Shown piece after piece: positions 47,648-56,757 of a stretch of 64,000 bases of DNA (position 1 is its first letter; each line of letters opens with the position of its first letter). This DNA is from an uncultured Actinomycetota bacterium (lineage in GTDB: Bacteria; Actinomycetota; Actinomycetes; Prado026), in contig CAWFVK010000009.1 in the NCBI GenBank assembly GCA_963819215.1, positions 17,267 to 81,266 on the forward strand, read 5' to 3'. The notes beneath the pieces are model-generated. The model was given only the letters and a program-made list of their open reading frames with translations, did not search any database and was not told the DNA's origin. Made by a program: the position numbers and the translations under genes.

Positions 47648-50449
47648 TCAGCCCCGACGGATGGGCGAATGACGGATGGGCGACCGGCGAAGGGGTGACC
47701 GGAGCCTGCGTGACCGACGCGCGAGCGAACCCGCGCGACCACCGGACAGCACGACACCGGCCCAGGCTGCGACGGCAGTGCGGTCGATCTTGGAGTTGTG
47801 GCGGATGTCGACCGGAAGGGCCGGCACGACGAGCACCGCAGCCACCTCGACGCCGGCCGCGGCCCTGACCGCTGCGGAGGTCGCGGGATCGGCCAAGCCC
47901 GACGCCGGCCGACGATCAGTCGACTCGAGGACCACCACGACGGCGACGGCCTGCGTCCCCACCGGACCGACCCCGACGACGGCAGCCTGCCGGATGCGAC
48001 CCAGGGCCTCGACGCGTTGTTCGACACCGACCGGGGTGAGCACCCCGTGCGGGGTGGTGATGACGTGCTGCAGCCGGCCTTCGACCCACAGCCGTCCGGC
48101 GTCGTCGAGATGGCCGACGTCTCCGGTGCGGTGCCACCCGCGATCGCTGCCGCTTGCCGGGAAGGCGGTGCTGGCCGAGCCGGCGGTGCTGGCCTGCTGG
48201 GTGATCCACAGCCGGTCGTAGCGGTCCTTCACGTGCGCCGCCCGGACGCAGATCTCGCCAGTCAGCCACGGCTTGTCGACGAGCTCGGGCTCTGCTCTGC
48301 CGTGCGGGTCCAACGGGCTGATGGCGAGCTCGACTCCGTCGACGGGGTGGCCGACGCAGACCCCCTCGCCGGTCCCAGCGCGCAGGATCTCGTCGAGGTC
48401 GATGTCCGTGACGGGCAGCGCCTCGGTCATGCCGTAGGGCGTGTGCAGGCTCGCGTTCGGCATCAGGGCCCGCACGCGTTGCAGCAGCGTGACGGGCACG
48501 GGTGCGCCGGCGGACAGCAGCAGGCGTACGCCGCCCAGGGCGCGGTGCTGGCGCGGGTTGAGCCGCTCGGCGGTCGCCACCACGTTGACCAGGGCAGCGG
48601 GCGAGGAGAAGACCAGCGTGGCGTCCACGGCGTCGACCGCGTCGGCGAGGGCGGTGGCCTGCAGGGTGGCCGGTGCCGTGACGTCCATGTCCGGGACGGC
48701 CGAGGTGATGCCGAGGGCGGGGCCGTAGAGGGCGAACGGAGCGAAAGCGGCGACGAGGCGGTCGTCAGGCCCGATGGAGTAGGTGCGGCGGAGCGCGTCG
48801 CGCTGGGCCTCGAGCTGTTCGTGGCGGTACACGACGCCCTTGGGCGGCCCCGTCGCGCCAGAGGTGAAGAGGATGGCTGCCTCGTCGCTGGCCTGCGGGG
48901 GGTCGGGTAGCTGCTGGGTGCCAGGGCTGGCGAGGGCCTCCCGGGCGATGACCCGGCCGGGCCAGCGGAGCACCCGAGCGGCGGCCAGCGCACGCGGGAT
49001 GCCGATGAGATGCTGCGGCCCAGCCCCGCGCAGCGCTCGGGTCAGGCCCTGCACGCCGAGACCGGCGTCGGCCAGCACGATCACGGCGCCGATGCGCCAG
49101 CAGGCGTAGACCAGCGTCGCGAGCTCCGGCCCCGGCGGCACCAGCAGCGCAACCCGGTCGCCAGGGCTGACACCGTGCGCGGTGAGCCCGGCGGCGACGG
49201 CGTGCACGCGTTGGCCGAGCTCGGTGAAGCTGATCGACACGGGAGCCGACCCTGCCTTGCCGAGCTGGACGATGGCGGGGCGGTCGCCGCCTGCCGCATC
49301 GGTGGCTCGGGACTCGAGCTCAGCCCACAGCGGGACGCGCGGACCAGCGGTCGACCCGGCGGCCGACCCGGCGGTCGACTCGGCGGTCGACTCGGCGGTC
49401 GACTGTGCAGTCGACTCTGGGGACAGCGCGGGGACCGACGTCCGATGCGGCCCAGACAGCGACTGGATGAAGGCGGTGACGGGGCTGGCGATGTCGCGGT
49501 CCTCGGCCAGCAGGTGGCCGGCGCCCTCGAACCGGTGGACCTGCGCATGGGGGAGCCTCGCGACCAGGTCTCGCAGGTAGCGGTCGGAGAAGACCGGGTC
49601 CCGTGGACCCCACAGGAGCAGCACCGGGATCTCCGCGAGGTCCGCGAGCCCGGCGGCGATCGCCTCGAGCGTGGCGGCGGAAGGGTGGTCGGGGCGCAGC
49701 GGGATGTCTTCGACGAACGCACCGATCGCGGCCCGGCGGGCGGCAGACCGGTAGGGCGCGCGGTACCCGGCCCGGACCTCGCGGACCGGTCGTGGGTGGC
49801 CGAGGCCGAGGGTGCCGTCAAGGAACGTGGTCGTCGTGACGCAGGTGGCCGTCAGGACGCCTGGGGTTCGCGCGAGGGCGATGAGGGCCGGGACTGGCGA
49901 GCCGGGCGGCTGGCTGACGGCCGTGTTGGTGAGCACCACCCCGACGAGCTGGTCGCGGTGCGCGAGCGCCCAACCCAGCGAGATCGGGCCGCCCCAGTCG
50001 TGGGCGAGCGTCACCACGGGTCCGTCGATGCCCAGAGCGTCGGTCAACGCGCCGAGGTCGGAGACGCGCTCGGCCAGCCGACGGGGAGCCGCCGTGCGCT
50101 CCGAGAAGCCCATCCCGAGATGGTCGACCGCCACGACGCGCCAGCCGGCAGGTGCCTGCGCGAGCATGTCTCGCCAGAGGTAGGACCAGGTGGGGTTCCC
50201 GTGCACGCAGAGCAGCGTGCCGACCGGAGCGTCGGGGCTGGCGGCGCCCGGCTCGCCTGGGTCGTCGGGGCTGGCAGCGCCCGGCCTCGAAGCGTGGGTG
50301 TCCAGGACGTGCCAGGTCCGGGGGTTGCCCGCGGCGTCCTCGGTGGTGACCAAGCGCGACCAGGCGGGGTCGAGGCCCGGCAGACCTGCGGGTGGCAGCT
50401 GGGCCGGTGCAGTCCGGTCCTGGGCGGGCGGGGGCGTGCCCTTCCTCAC
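47648..50449 (-). CDS. oleBC: OleB-OleC fusion: alpha/beta-hydrolase (beta-lactone decarboxylase) plus AMP-dependent synthetase (beta-lactone synthetase)
   Basis: The GTG at 50449 overlaps the oleA stop (GTGA). N-terminal domain: LCVHGNPTWSYLWRDM and LAHDWGG (haloalkane-dehalogenase-like, Asp nucleophile). Repeat linker: STAQSTAESTAESTAGSAAGSTAG. C-terminal domain: ILFTSGATGPPKG (AMP-binding), HRTGDVG. About 933 aa, uninterrupted. The upstream part of ORF 47648..51490 is out-of-frame overlap with oleA. Confidence 0.85.
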   Translation of the reverse strand: MRKGTPPPAQDRTAPAQLPPAGLPGLDPAWSRLVTTEDAAGNPRTWHVLDTHASRPGAASPDDPGEPGAASPDAPVGTLLCVHGNPTWSYLWRDMLAQAPAGWRVVAVDHLGMGFSERTAAPRRLAERVSDLGALTDALGIDGPVVTLAHDWGGPISLGWALAHRDQLVGVVLTNTAVSQPPGSPVPALIALARTPGVLTATCVTTTTFLDGTLGLGHPRPVREVRAGYRAPYRSAARRAAIGAFVEDIPLRPDHPSAATLEAIAAGLADLAEIPVLLLWGPRDPVFSDRYLRDLVARLPHAQVHRFEGAGHLLAEDRDIASPVTAFIQSLSGPHRTSVPALSPESTAQSTAESTAESTAGSAAGSTAGPRVPLWAELESRATDAAGGDRPAIVQLGKAGSAPVSISFTELGQRVHAVAAGLTAHGVSPGDRVALLVPPGPELATLVYACWRIGAVIVLADAGLGVQGLTRALRGAGPQHLIGIPRALAAARVLRWPGRVIAREALASPGTQQLPDPPQASDEAAILFTSGATGPPKGVVYRHEQLEAQRDALRRTYSIGPDDRLVAAFAPFALYGPALGITSAVPDMDVTAPATLQATALADAVDAVDATLVFSSPAALVNVVATAERLNPRQHRALGGVRLLLSAGAPVPVTLLQRVRALMPNASLHTPYGMTEALPVTDIDLDEILRAGTGEGVCVGHPVDGVELAISPLDPHGRAEPELVDKPWLTGEICVRAAHVKDRYDRLWITQQASTAGSASTAFPASGSDRGWHRTGDVGHLDDAGRLWVEGRLQHVITTPHGVLTPVGVEQRVEALGRIRQAAVVGVGPVGTQAVAVVVVLESTDRRPASGLADPATSAAVRAAAGVEVAAVLVVPALPVDIRHNSKIDRTAVAAWAGVVLSGGRAGSLARRSRRLRSPLRRSPIRHSPIRRG
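47656..47685 (-). repeat. 15-bp tandem repeat x2 at the extreme 3' end of oleBC (SPIRH-SPIRR)
   Basis: GACGGATGGGCGAAT and GACGGATGGGCGACC on the plus strand, preceded by a degenerate third copy (encoding SPLRR). Confidence 0.8.
49348..49419 (-). repeat. 12-bp tandem repeat x6 encoding the (S-T-A-E/G/Q) linker between the OleB and OleC domains
   Basis: Plus strand: GCGGTCGACCCG, GCGGCCGACCCG, GCGGTCGACTCG, GCGGTCGACTCG, GCGGTCGACTGT, GCAGTCGACTCT. Confidence 0.9.
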
Positions 50450-51468
50450 CAGAGGATCTCGCTGAAGGCGGTGTTCAGGCCCGAGCCGATGCCCATGCAG
50501 AGCACCCGGTCGCCGGGGTTCAGCACCTCGACCTGGTGCGCGAGCGTCAGCGGGACCGAGGCCGGGCCGATGTTGCCGAGCAGCGGGAAGGTGAGCGGCA
50601 CGCGGTCGGTGTCGATGCCGAGCTTGGCGCACAGCGCGCTGGTGTGCACCGAGGAGACCTGGTGGAGGACGTAGCAGTCCATGTCGGACCAGTCGTGCTC
50701 GGGCTTCGCGGCGAGCCAGGCGGCCTCGGCGAGCGCCAGGCCGGCGTCGAGCAGGCCCTTGGTGTCGGTCCGCATGTGCTCGAGGTCGCCGACGCACAGC
50801 TGGTTGTGCTCGGTACCGGAACGCGCGACGCCGCCGAGCAGGCGGTGCGCCCCCGGGTGCTGGTCGGCGGGGCCGAGGACCATCGCTGCGGCGCCCGAGC
50901 CGAGGGTCAGCGTCGCGAACTCGGCGAAGAGGTCCTCGACGGTCGTGTCGGGCCCGGAGAGCCGGCGGATCGTGGCCTGCTGGGTGGCTCGGCTGTCCTC
51001 GCCATCCACGATCAGGGCGTACTCGATGTGGCCGGCGTCGATCATCGTGCCGGCCAGGTGCATGGCGTTCACGAAGCCGAGGCAGGCGTTCGCGAGGTCG
51101 AAGTTGAGACAGGAGGTCGGCAGCCCGAGGCTGTGGTGAACCTCGACGGCCGCCGACGGCTCGAGGTGCGCTCGGCAGACGGAGCTGTTGATCATGAGGC
51201 CGAACCGGTCGGGATCGATGCCGGACTCGGCGATGGCCTTCGCGCCGGCCATCGCGGCGGCCTCGGCGAAGGTGACGTCTTCCGGCCACCAGCGGCGCTC
51301 GTGGATACCGGCCAGTCCCTGCAGCAGCCCTGGCCGGAGACCGAGCCTGGTGAGGGTCTCGACGAGCTGGTCGTCGAAGTCGGCCGACGTGACGACCTGG
51401 GGCCCTTCCACCGAGGACACCGCGAGGATGGCCGTGTTGGAGTGGCTGTATGTCGAGTTGCCGTTCAT
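50446..51468 (-). CDS. oleA: OleA: thiolase-fold (FabH-like) acyl-CoA condensing enzyme
   Basis: Intact 340 aa. NFDLANACLGFVNAM (active-site Cys), HQVSSVH and GNIGPASVP (His/Asn of the FabH-type triad). It is the first gene of the ole arrangement. Confidence 0.85.
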   Translation of the reverse strand: MNGNSTYSHSNTAILAVSSVEGPQVVTSADFDDQLVETLTRLGLRPGLLQGLAGIHERRWWPEDVTFAEAAAMAGAKAIAESGIDPDRFGLMINSSVCRAHLEPSAAVEVHHSLGLPTSCLNFDLANACLGFVNAMHLAGTMIDAGHIEYALIVDGEDSRATQQATIRRLSGPDTTVEDLFAEFATLTLGSGAAAMVLGPADQHPGAHRLLGGVARSGTEHNQLCVGDLEHMRTDTKGLLDAGLALAEAAWLAAKPEHDWSDMDCYVLHQVSSVHTSALCAKLGIDTDRVPLTFPLLGNIGPASVPLTLAHQVEVLNPGDRVLCMGIGSGLNTAFSEILW

Positions 51469-51569
51469 GCCCGTCCCTTCGAACGATCAACGGGGCATGC
51501 TCGACACCGTCGACCTGCGAGGGTCCACTTTCTCATGAACCGGCCCCGCGGACGGACCGCGGCGCCCCG

Positions 51570-52277
51570 CTACTGCTTCGCGCTGCCCTCCAGCCAGCGC
51601 GCCCGAACCAGCTCGACCATCTCCGGGGCGGCCCCGAGCGGGGCGGCGACGCGGATGGCCCCCGCCGCCCGCGCCTGCTCGCTGATGCGCTGGGCCAGCG
51701 TCCCCGGCGCGATCAGGTAGGGAGCGACGGTGGCGAAAGGATCTTCGGTGACGGCGAGCGCGACCGCCTCGTCGAGCGGCCGCCCGCTCCCCGACAAGAA
51801 CCCGGTGGAGACCGGTCCGGGCCGTCGTTCGGCCAGGTACCCGGCCACCAGCTCGACCTGCGCCACAGCGTCTGGGTCGGACGAGCCTGCCGCTGCCAGG
51901 ACCACTGGCGCCAGCGGGGCCGTGCCAGCCTCGTCGAGCCGGCGGATCATCGCCTCGGCGAGCAGGACGTCGGGGCCGAGCGGCTCGGAGATCTGCACGT
52001 TGCGGACGCCCTGCAGCATGCCCGGCACATCGACCCTGGCGTGGAACCCCGCCGTGAGGAGCAGCGGGACCACGACCACGGGTGAGCGACGACCGGCGGC
52101 GCCACGCTGCCTGGCTGCCGCGACGGCTCCGACGAGGTCGGGCTGGTGGTGGTCGAGCCAGCCGATGACGGTGTCACCCTTGCGCCCCACGGCGTCGCAG
52201 AGAGCCTGGATCGCCGGGCGGTGGGCCGGGTGCGGGCTGCCATGGGCGGCGAGGACCAGCGGCGGGAGGGCAGTCAC
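51570..52277 (-). CDS. cbiX: sirohydrochlorin ferrochelatase (CbiX/SirB type)
   Basis: Intact 235 aa. VLAAHGS...VVVPLLLTAGFH in both halves (duplicated CbiX fold). It lies downstream of sirA-cysH, as in mycobacterial sirA-cysH-che1. Confidence 0.8.
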   Translation of the reverse strand: MTALPPLVLAAHGSPHPAHRPAIQALCDAVGRKGDTVIGWLDHHQPDLVGAVAAARQRGAAGRRSPVVVVPLLLTAGFHARVDVPGMLQGVRNVQISEPLGPDVLLAEAMIRRLDEAGTAPLAPVVLAAAGSSDPDAVAQVELVAGYLAERRPGPVSTGFLSGSGRPLDEAVALAVTEDPFATVAPYLIAPGTLAQRISEQARAAGAIRVAAPLGAAPEMVELVRARWLEGSAKQ

Positions 52278-52332
52278 GACGTGAACGCTGTCACGAGTTG
52301 AACCCGGTCACGAACGGAACGCCGGCACGCGG

Positions 52333-53071
52333 CTAGCGGTGCAGGCCGCACTCGGTCTTGGCGAACCCGGCCCAGCGACCAGAGCGGGGGTCCTCGCCGG
52401 GGGCGACCGGGCGGGTGCACGGGGCGCAGCCGATCGAGGCGTAGCCGAACTCACGCAGCGGGTTGTAGCGAAGGCCGTGCTCGAGGACGTAGGCGTCGAC
52501 CTGATCCTGCGTCCAGGTCGCGATGGGGTTGATCTTGACCTTGCCGCGGGCGCCGTCCCAGGCGACGACCGGGGTCGCGGCCCTGGTGCTCGCCTCGTCG
52601 CGGCGGACCCCGCTGATCCAGGCGTCATACGGCGCGAGCGCGCGGTGCAGCGGCTCGACCTTGCGCATCGCGCAGCACGCGTCGGGGTCGCGGTCGTGCA
52701 GCTGGGAGCCGTAGACGGCGTCCTGCTCCTCGACGCTGAGCTCGGGCCGGATGTCGATGACGTTCGCGTTGAGCCGCTCTGCCACCGAGCGCCGGAAGTC
52801 GAGGGTCTCCGGGAAGTGGTACCCGGTGTCGAGGAACACGACGTCGATGCCCGGGACTGCGGTGGAGGCGAGATGCAGCGACGACCTCGTCGGCCATCGA
52901 CGACGTCACGACGAGCCGCGGGCCGAAGGTGCGGCCGGCCCACGCGAGGGTCTCGCGGGGGTCGGCGTCCTCGAAGGCGCGGCTGGCCGCAGCGACCAGC
53001 TCACGGGTCGGTGCGGTGGCATAACGCGCAGCGGTCGGCGCGAGCGGCACGGCCTGCTCGAGCAGCGTCAC
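52333..53071 (-). CDS. cysH: phosphoadenosine/adenosine phosphosulfate reductase (1 frameshift near 52860 as sequenced)
   Basis: The N-terminal 70 aa (VTLLEQAV..LAWAGRTFGPRLVVTSSMADEVV) sit in the frame of ORF 52625..54808. The rest is ORF 52333..52839 (FLDTGYHFPETL.., C-terminal ECGLH). The GTG overlaps the sirA stop. Confidence 0.85.
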
Positions 53072-54808
53072 TTCAGCACCTCCTCGTCTGCGCGGACCGC
53101 CCACTGGGCGAACGTCTCGCCCTCGGACCGGCCCTCGTCGAACTGGTGGACCACACGCTCCACATAGTCGGGCAGGTCGGTCGCGGCGACGCGCAGGCCG
53201 CGGACCGTCCGACCGAACCCGGCCTCCTGGCCCAGCCGACCACCTAGATGAACCTGGAACCCCTCGGTGTCGCCGCCCATTCCATCGGGCACGAGGACGC
53301 CCTTGAGCCCGATGTCGGCGACCTGGATCCGGGCGCAGGAGTTGGGGCAGCCGTTGACGTGGATGGTCAGCGGCTCGGCGAAGGTCGGCAGGCGATCCTC
53401 GAGCGCGGCGACCAGCGTGCCGGCGTTGCCCTTCGTCTCGGTGATCGCGAGCTTGCAGTACTCGATGCCCGTGCACGCCATGGCGCCCCGGCGGAAGGTG
53501 CTCGGGGCGACCTGCAGACCCACGCCGTCGAGGGCCGCGGTCACGGCGTCGACCTGGTCCGCCGCGACGTCGAGCACGACGATGCTCTGCTCGACGGTCA
53601 GGCGGAGCTGGTCCGAGCCAGCTAGCTCCATCGCGTCGGCGAGGGTGCTGAGCGACGTGCCGGACAGCCGTCCGACGGTCGGCTTGGCGCCGATGGAGAA
53701 GCGGCCGTCCTTCTGCGGGTGCACGCCGATGTGGTCGCGACGGCCACGGGGCGGGTCGGCCGGCGGCGGGCCCGTCGCGCAGCGGGCGCTTGAGGTACTC
53801 GGTCTCCAGCACCTCGCGGAACCGGGCAGCGCCCCAGTCCGCCACCAGGAACTTCAGGCGCGCCTTGGTGCGCAGCCGGCGGTAGCCGTAGTCGCGGAAG
53901 ATGCTGACCACCCCGGCCCAGACCTCGGGGATCTCGTCCAGCGAGACGAAGGCGCCGAGCCGCTGAGCAAGGTGCGGGTTGGTGGACAGCCCGCCGCCGA
54001 CCCAGACGTCGAAGCCGGGGCCGTGCTCCGGGTGGCGCACGCCGACGAACGAGAGGTCGTTGACCTCGTGCGCGACGTCCTGGTGCGGTGAGCCGCTGAT
54101 CGCCGTCTTGAACTTGCGGGGGAGGTTGGAGAACTCCGGGTTGCCGACGTGCCGGCGCACGACCTCCGCGATGGCGGGGGTGCCGTCGACGATCTCGTCG
54201 ACCGCGACACCGGCGACGGGCGAGCCGAGGATGACGCGCGGGGTGTCGCCGCAGGCCTCGGCGGTGCTCAGCCCGACCGCCTCGAGCCGCCGCCAGATCT
54301 CCGGGACGTCCTCGACCCGGATCCAGTGCAGCTGGATGTTCTGCCGGTCGGTCACGTCGGCGGTGTCACGGGCGAAGTCGCGGGAGATGCCGGCGATCAC
54401 CCGGACCTGCTCAGTCGTCAGCGCGCCGCCGTCGATGCGGATCCGCAGCATGAAGAAGGGTGCGTCCAGCTTCTCCGGCTCGATCGTGGCGGTACGGCCG
54501 CCGTCGATTCCCTCGGCACGCTGTGTGTAGAGCCCCCACCAGCGCATCCGGCCACGGAGGTCGGACGGATCGATCGAGGCGAACCCGCGGTGGGCGTAGA
54601 TGTTCTCGATCCGGGCGCGGACGTTCAGCCCGTCGTCGTCCTTCTTCATCCGCTCGTTCACGTTGAGGGGCTCGTGGAAGCCGAGCGCCCACTGGCCCTC
54701 GCCGCGTGGCTTGCCGCCACCGCGCGTGCGCGGCGGCTTCCCGCCCGCGACAGGTGCGGCGGGCGGCTGGGACGGAGGAGAGGCGGCGGGCGTTGCAGGG
54801 GTGGTCAT
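53068..54808 (-). CDS. sirA: ferredoxin-dependent sulfite reductase (NirA/SirA type) (1 frameshift near 53760 as sequenced)
   Basis: N-terminal 350 aa: MRWWGLYTQR, FFMLRIRIDGG, RQNIQLHWI, TAEACGDTPR. The C-terminal part in ORF 53068..53724 has the siroheme/4Fe-4S cysteines ACTGIEYCKLA and VNGCPNSCAR. Confidence 0.88.
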
Positions 54809-55101
54809 CGAGCGTCCTTCGTGAGGGAGGACGTGGAACGGGCTCGGGTCCGTGGCGGCGCGACTTCGCGCCCCGGAGGCCGGGAGCGTCCACGCCCGGC
54901 GGAGGTGCTGCGGGCGTCGGTCAGGTGACCGAGGGCTGGAGGCCGGCCAGTCGGCAACCCATGCAGCTGACCCTCATGAGGTCGACGTGACGACGCTCGA
55001 TCAGCAGCGGGGACGCGGGCAGCATGCTCAGAGTCTCGCAGATCCGTCCACGGACCGGTACGAGGGTCCGGATGGCGGACGCAGTTCTGGGCGTCGCCGC
55101 C

Positions 55102-55524
55102 TCAGGCTGGGGCGAGGTAGACCTTCCTCAGGGTCTGGTGGACTCGCCAGGTCGTCCGTGCGCCGGCAGCGAGCAGCCCGACGGTGCCAGGACTCAGCTC
55201 GAGACGGGGACCGCCCTCGACCTCGACGGTGGCGCGGCCGCTCAGCACGACGAACACCTCGTCGGCCTCCACGTCGGTCGACGTTCCCACCGTGTGCTCC
55301 CAGACGCCGACCTCCCACGCGGCACCGGTGGATCCGCCGCCGGGGCCTGCGGTCAGCTGGCGCGATGCCGTCTCGGGCGTTCCGGCGAGCACCTGAGCGG
55401 CGTCCAGGGGGCTCGGGTCGAGCGCCAGGCCCAGGGCGTCGAAGGCAGCGCAGCGCTGGGCTGCGCTGGGTTCGTTGGGTTCTGCGCTGGCGTCGCTGGG
55501 TTCGACGGATGGGGTGGAGGGCAT
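55102..55524 (-). CDS. cupin domain protein (DUF861/EutQ-like)
   Basis: Intact 140 aa. The C-terminal VGVWEHTVGTSTDVEADEVFVVLSGRATVEVEGG..LELSPGTVGLLAAGARTTWRVHQTLRKVY is a single cupin barrel. Confidence 0.65.
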   Translation of the reverse strand: MPSTPSVEPSDASAEPNEPSAAQRCAAFDALGLALDPSPLDAAQVLAGTPETASRQLTAGPGGGSTGAAWEVGVWEHTVGTSTDVEADEVFVVLSGRATVEVEGGPRLELSPGTVGLLAAGARTTWRVHQTLRKVYLAPA

Positions 55525-55655
55525 GGGCGGACCTTAACGGGAGCCGCCGGCGGCCTCAGCCAGACGCCTCGCGGCGGTGAATGACATCGATGGGATTTGC
55601 CCCCTACGATGGGGCAGGCGGCCCGGGAGGGGAAGCCTGGGCCGCTCTAGACGCT

Positions 55656-55712
55656 GCACGACGCACAGGCTCTACGAAGCACAGGCCGCACGACGCACAG
55701 GCCGCACGCAGC
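55656..55712. repeat. direct repeats with 16-bp period upstream of the DUF3263 gene
   Basis: GCACAGGC recurs at 55663, 55679 and 55695. The 15-mer GCACGACGCACAGGC occurs twice, at 55656 and 55688 (a 32-bp duplication). Confidence 0.75.
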
Positions 55713-55752
55713 CGGCTCCAGCCGGTTGGTGGACAGGAAGGAGCTGAGACCA

Positions 55753-56058
55753 GTGGATCCCGCCAACGCGGCCGGTTCGCTCAGCTCGGCAGCACTGTCC
55801 GGCCAGGACGGCCTCAGCGAGCGCGACCACGCGATCCTCGCGTTCGAGCGCCAGTGGTGGAAGTACGCCGGAGCCAAGGAGCAGGCCGTCCGCGACCTGT
55901 TCGACATGTCGGCCACGCGGTACTACCAGGTGCTGAACGCGCTCATCGACCGCCCGGAGGCCCTGGCCAGCGACCCGATGCTGGTCAAGCGACTGCGCCG
56001 GCTGCGGGCCTCGCGGCAGCGCGCTCGCTCGGCGCGTCGCCTCGGCTTCGACGCCTGA
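55753..56058 (+). CDS. DUF3263 domain protein
   Basis: LSERDHAILAFERQWWKYAGAKEQAVRDLFDMSATRYYQVLNALIDRPEALASDPMLVKRLRR is the DUF3263 pattern. I prefer the GTG at 55753 (AGGAAGGAG 8 nt upstream) over the ORF-track start at 55726. Confidence 0.75.
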   Translation: MDPANAAGSLSSAALSGQDGLSERDHAILAFERQWWKYAGAKEQAVRDLFDMSATRYYQVLNALIDRPEALASDPMLVKRLRRLRASRQRARSARRLGFDA

Positions 56059-56071
56059 TCCGCCCGCCTCC

Positions 56072-56744
56072 ATGTCCGAGGTAGGTCCGACCGGCGGGAC
56101 CGGTCCATCATCCGTGCCGCCACCCGGCCAGCCCCGCGGCGCGCATCGCGCTCGGCGTGGACTGCCGGCCCGGCTGATCCTGCCGATCCTGCTGGGGTTC
56201 TTCGTGGTGTGCCTGTCCGCCGTCGCGGTGATCGGCTGGCTGAACAAGCCCAGCGACCACGCGGCTCCCGTGGTCAGCCCGACGGCCAGCCCCAGCCAGT
56301 CCGGCTCCGCCTCGGACACCCCGAGCAACAGCCCGACGCCGTCGGAGATCGAGACCACCCCGACGCCGACGGCGAGCCCGACGACGCCGACCCCGTCGAA
56401 GCCGCCGACCGCGCCACCCACGACGCCACCAACGACGCCACCAACGACCCCGCCGCCCACGCCGCCGCCGGTCGTGTATGCCCCCGCCGTCGTGCTCAAC
56501 CAGACCAGCATCCACGGCCTGGCGCTGACCGTGGCGAACCGGCTCCGACAGGAAGGCTGGACCATCACCGGCGTCGGGCAACTGGCGCGGGTCGGTGCCC
56601 AGCACCACGGTCTACTACCCGGCCGGCATGGAGGCCGCCGCCCGGTCGCTGGCCGCCGCGCTGGGGACCGATCGCATCAAGCCGGTGCTCGCCCACATGC
56701 TGCCGGGCCGGCTCTCGGTCATCCTCACCAGCAACCCGTTCTAG
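56072..56744 (+). CDS. LytR C-terminal (LytR_C) domain membrane protein with a Pro/Thr-rich linker (1 frameshift near 56578 as sequenced)
   Basis: TM anchor, then (TTPP)n linker with a 12-bp repeat at 56420-56455. VVLNQTSIHGLALTVANRLRQEGWTITGVG then continues in the next frame: NWRGSVPSTTVYYPAGMEAAARSLAAALG...LSVILTSNPF*. Confidence 0.75.
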
Positions 56745-56757
56745 GCGCTGGCTAGGA

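Noticed and set aside
47648-51490. The single 1280-aa ORF reported by the track.
   Set aside because: Only the part downstream of the GTG at 50449 is protein-like (OleBC). The upstream 350 aa are an out-of-frame read across oleA, which has its own clean ORF (50446..51468).
51469-51569. A hairpin (GGGGCGCCGCGG-TCCGT-CCGCGGGGCC on the minus strand) as a terminator between cbiX and oleA.
   Set aside because: The stem has a mismatch and no U-tract follows it. GC-rich palindromes containing CCGCGG are common here. The evidence is too weak to call.
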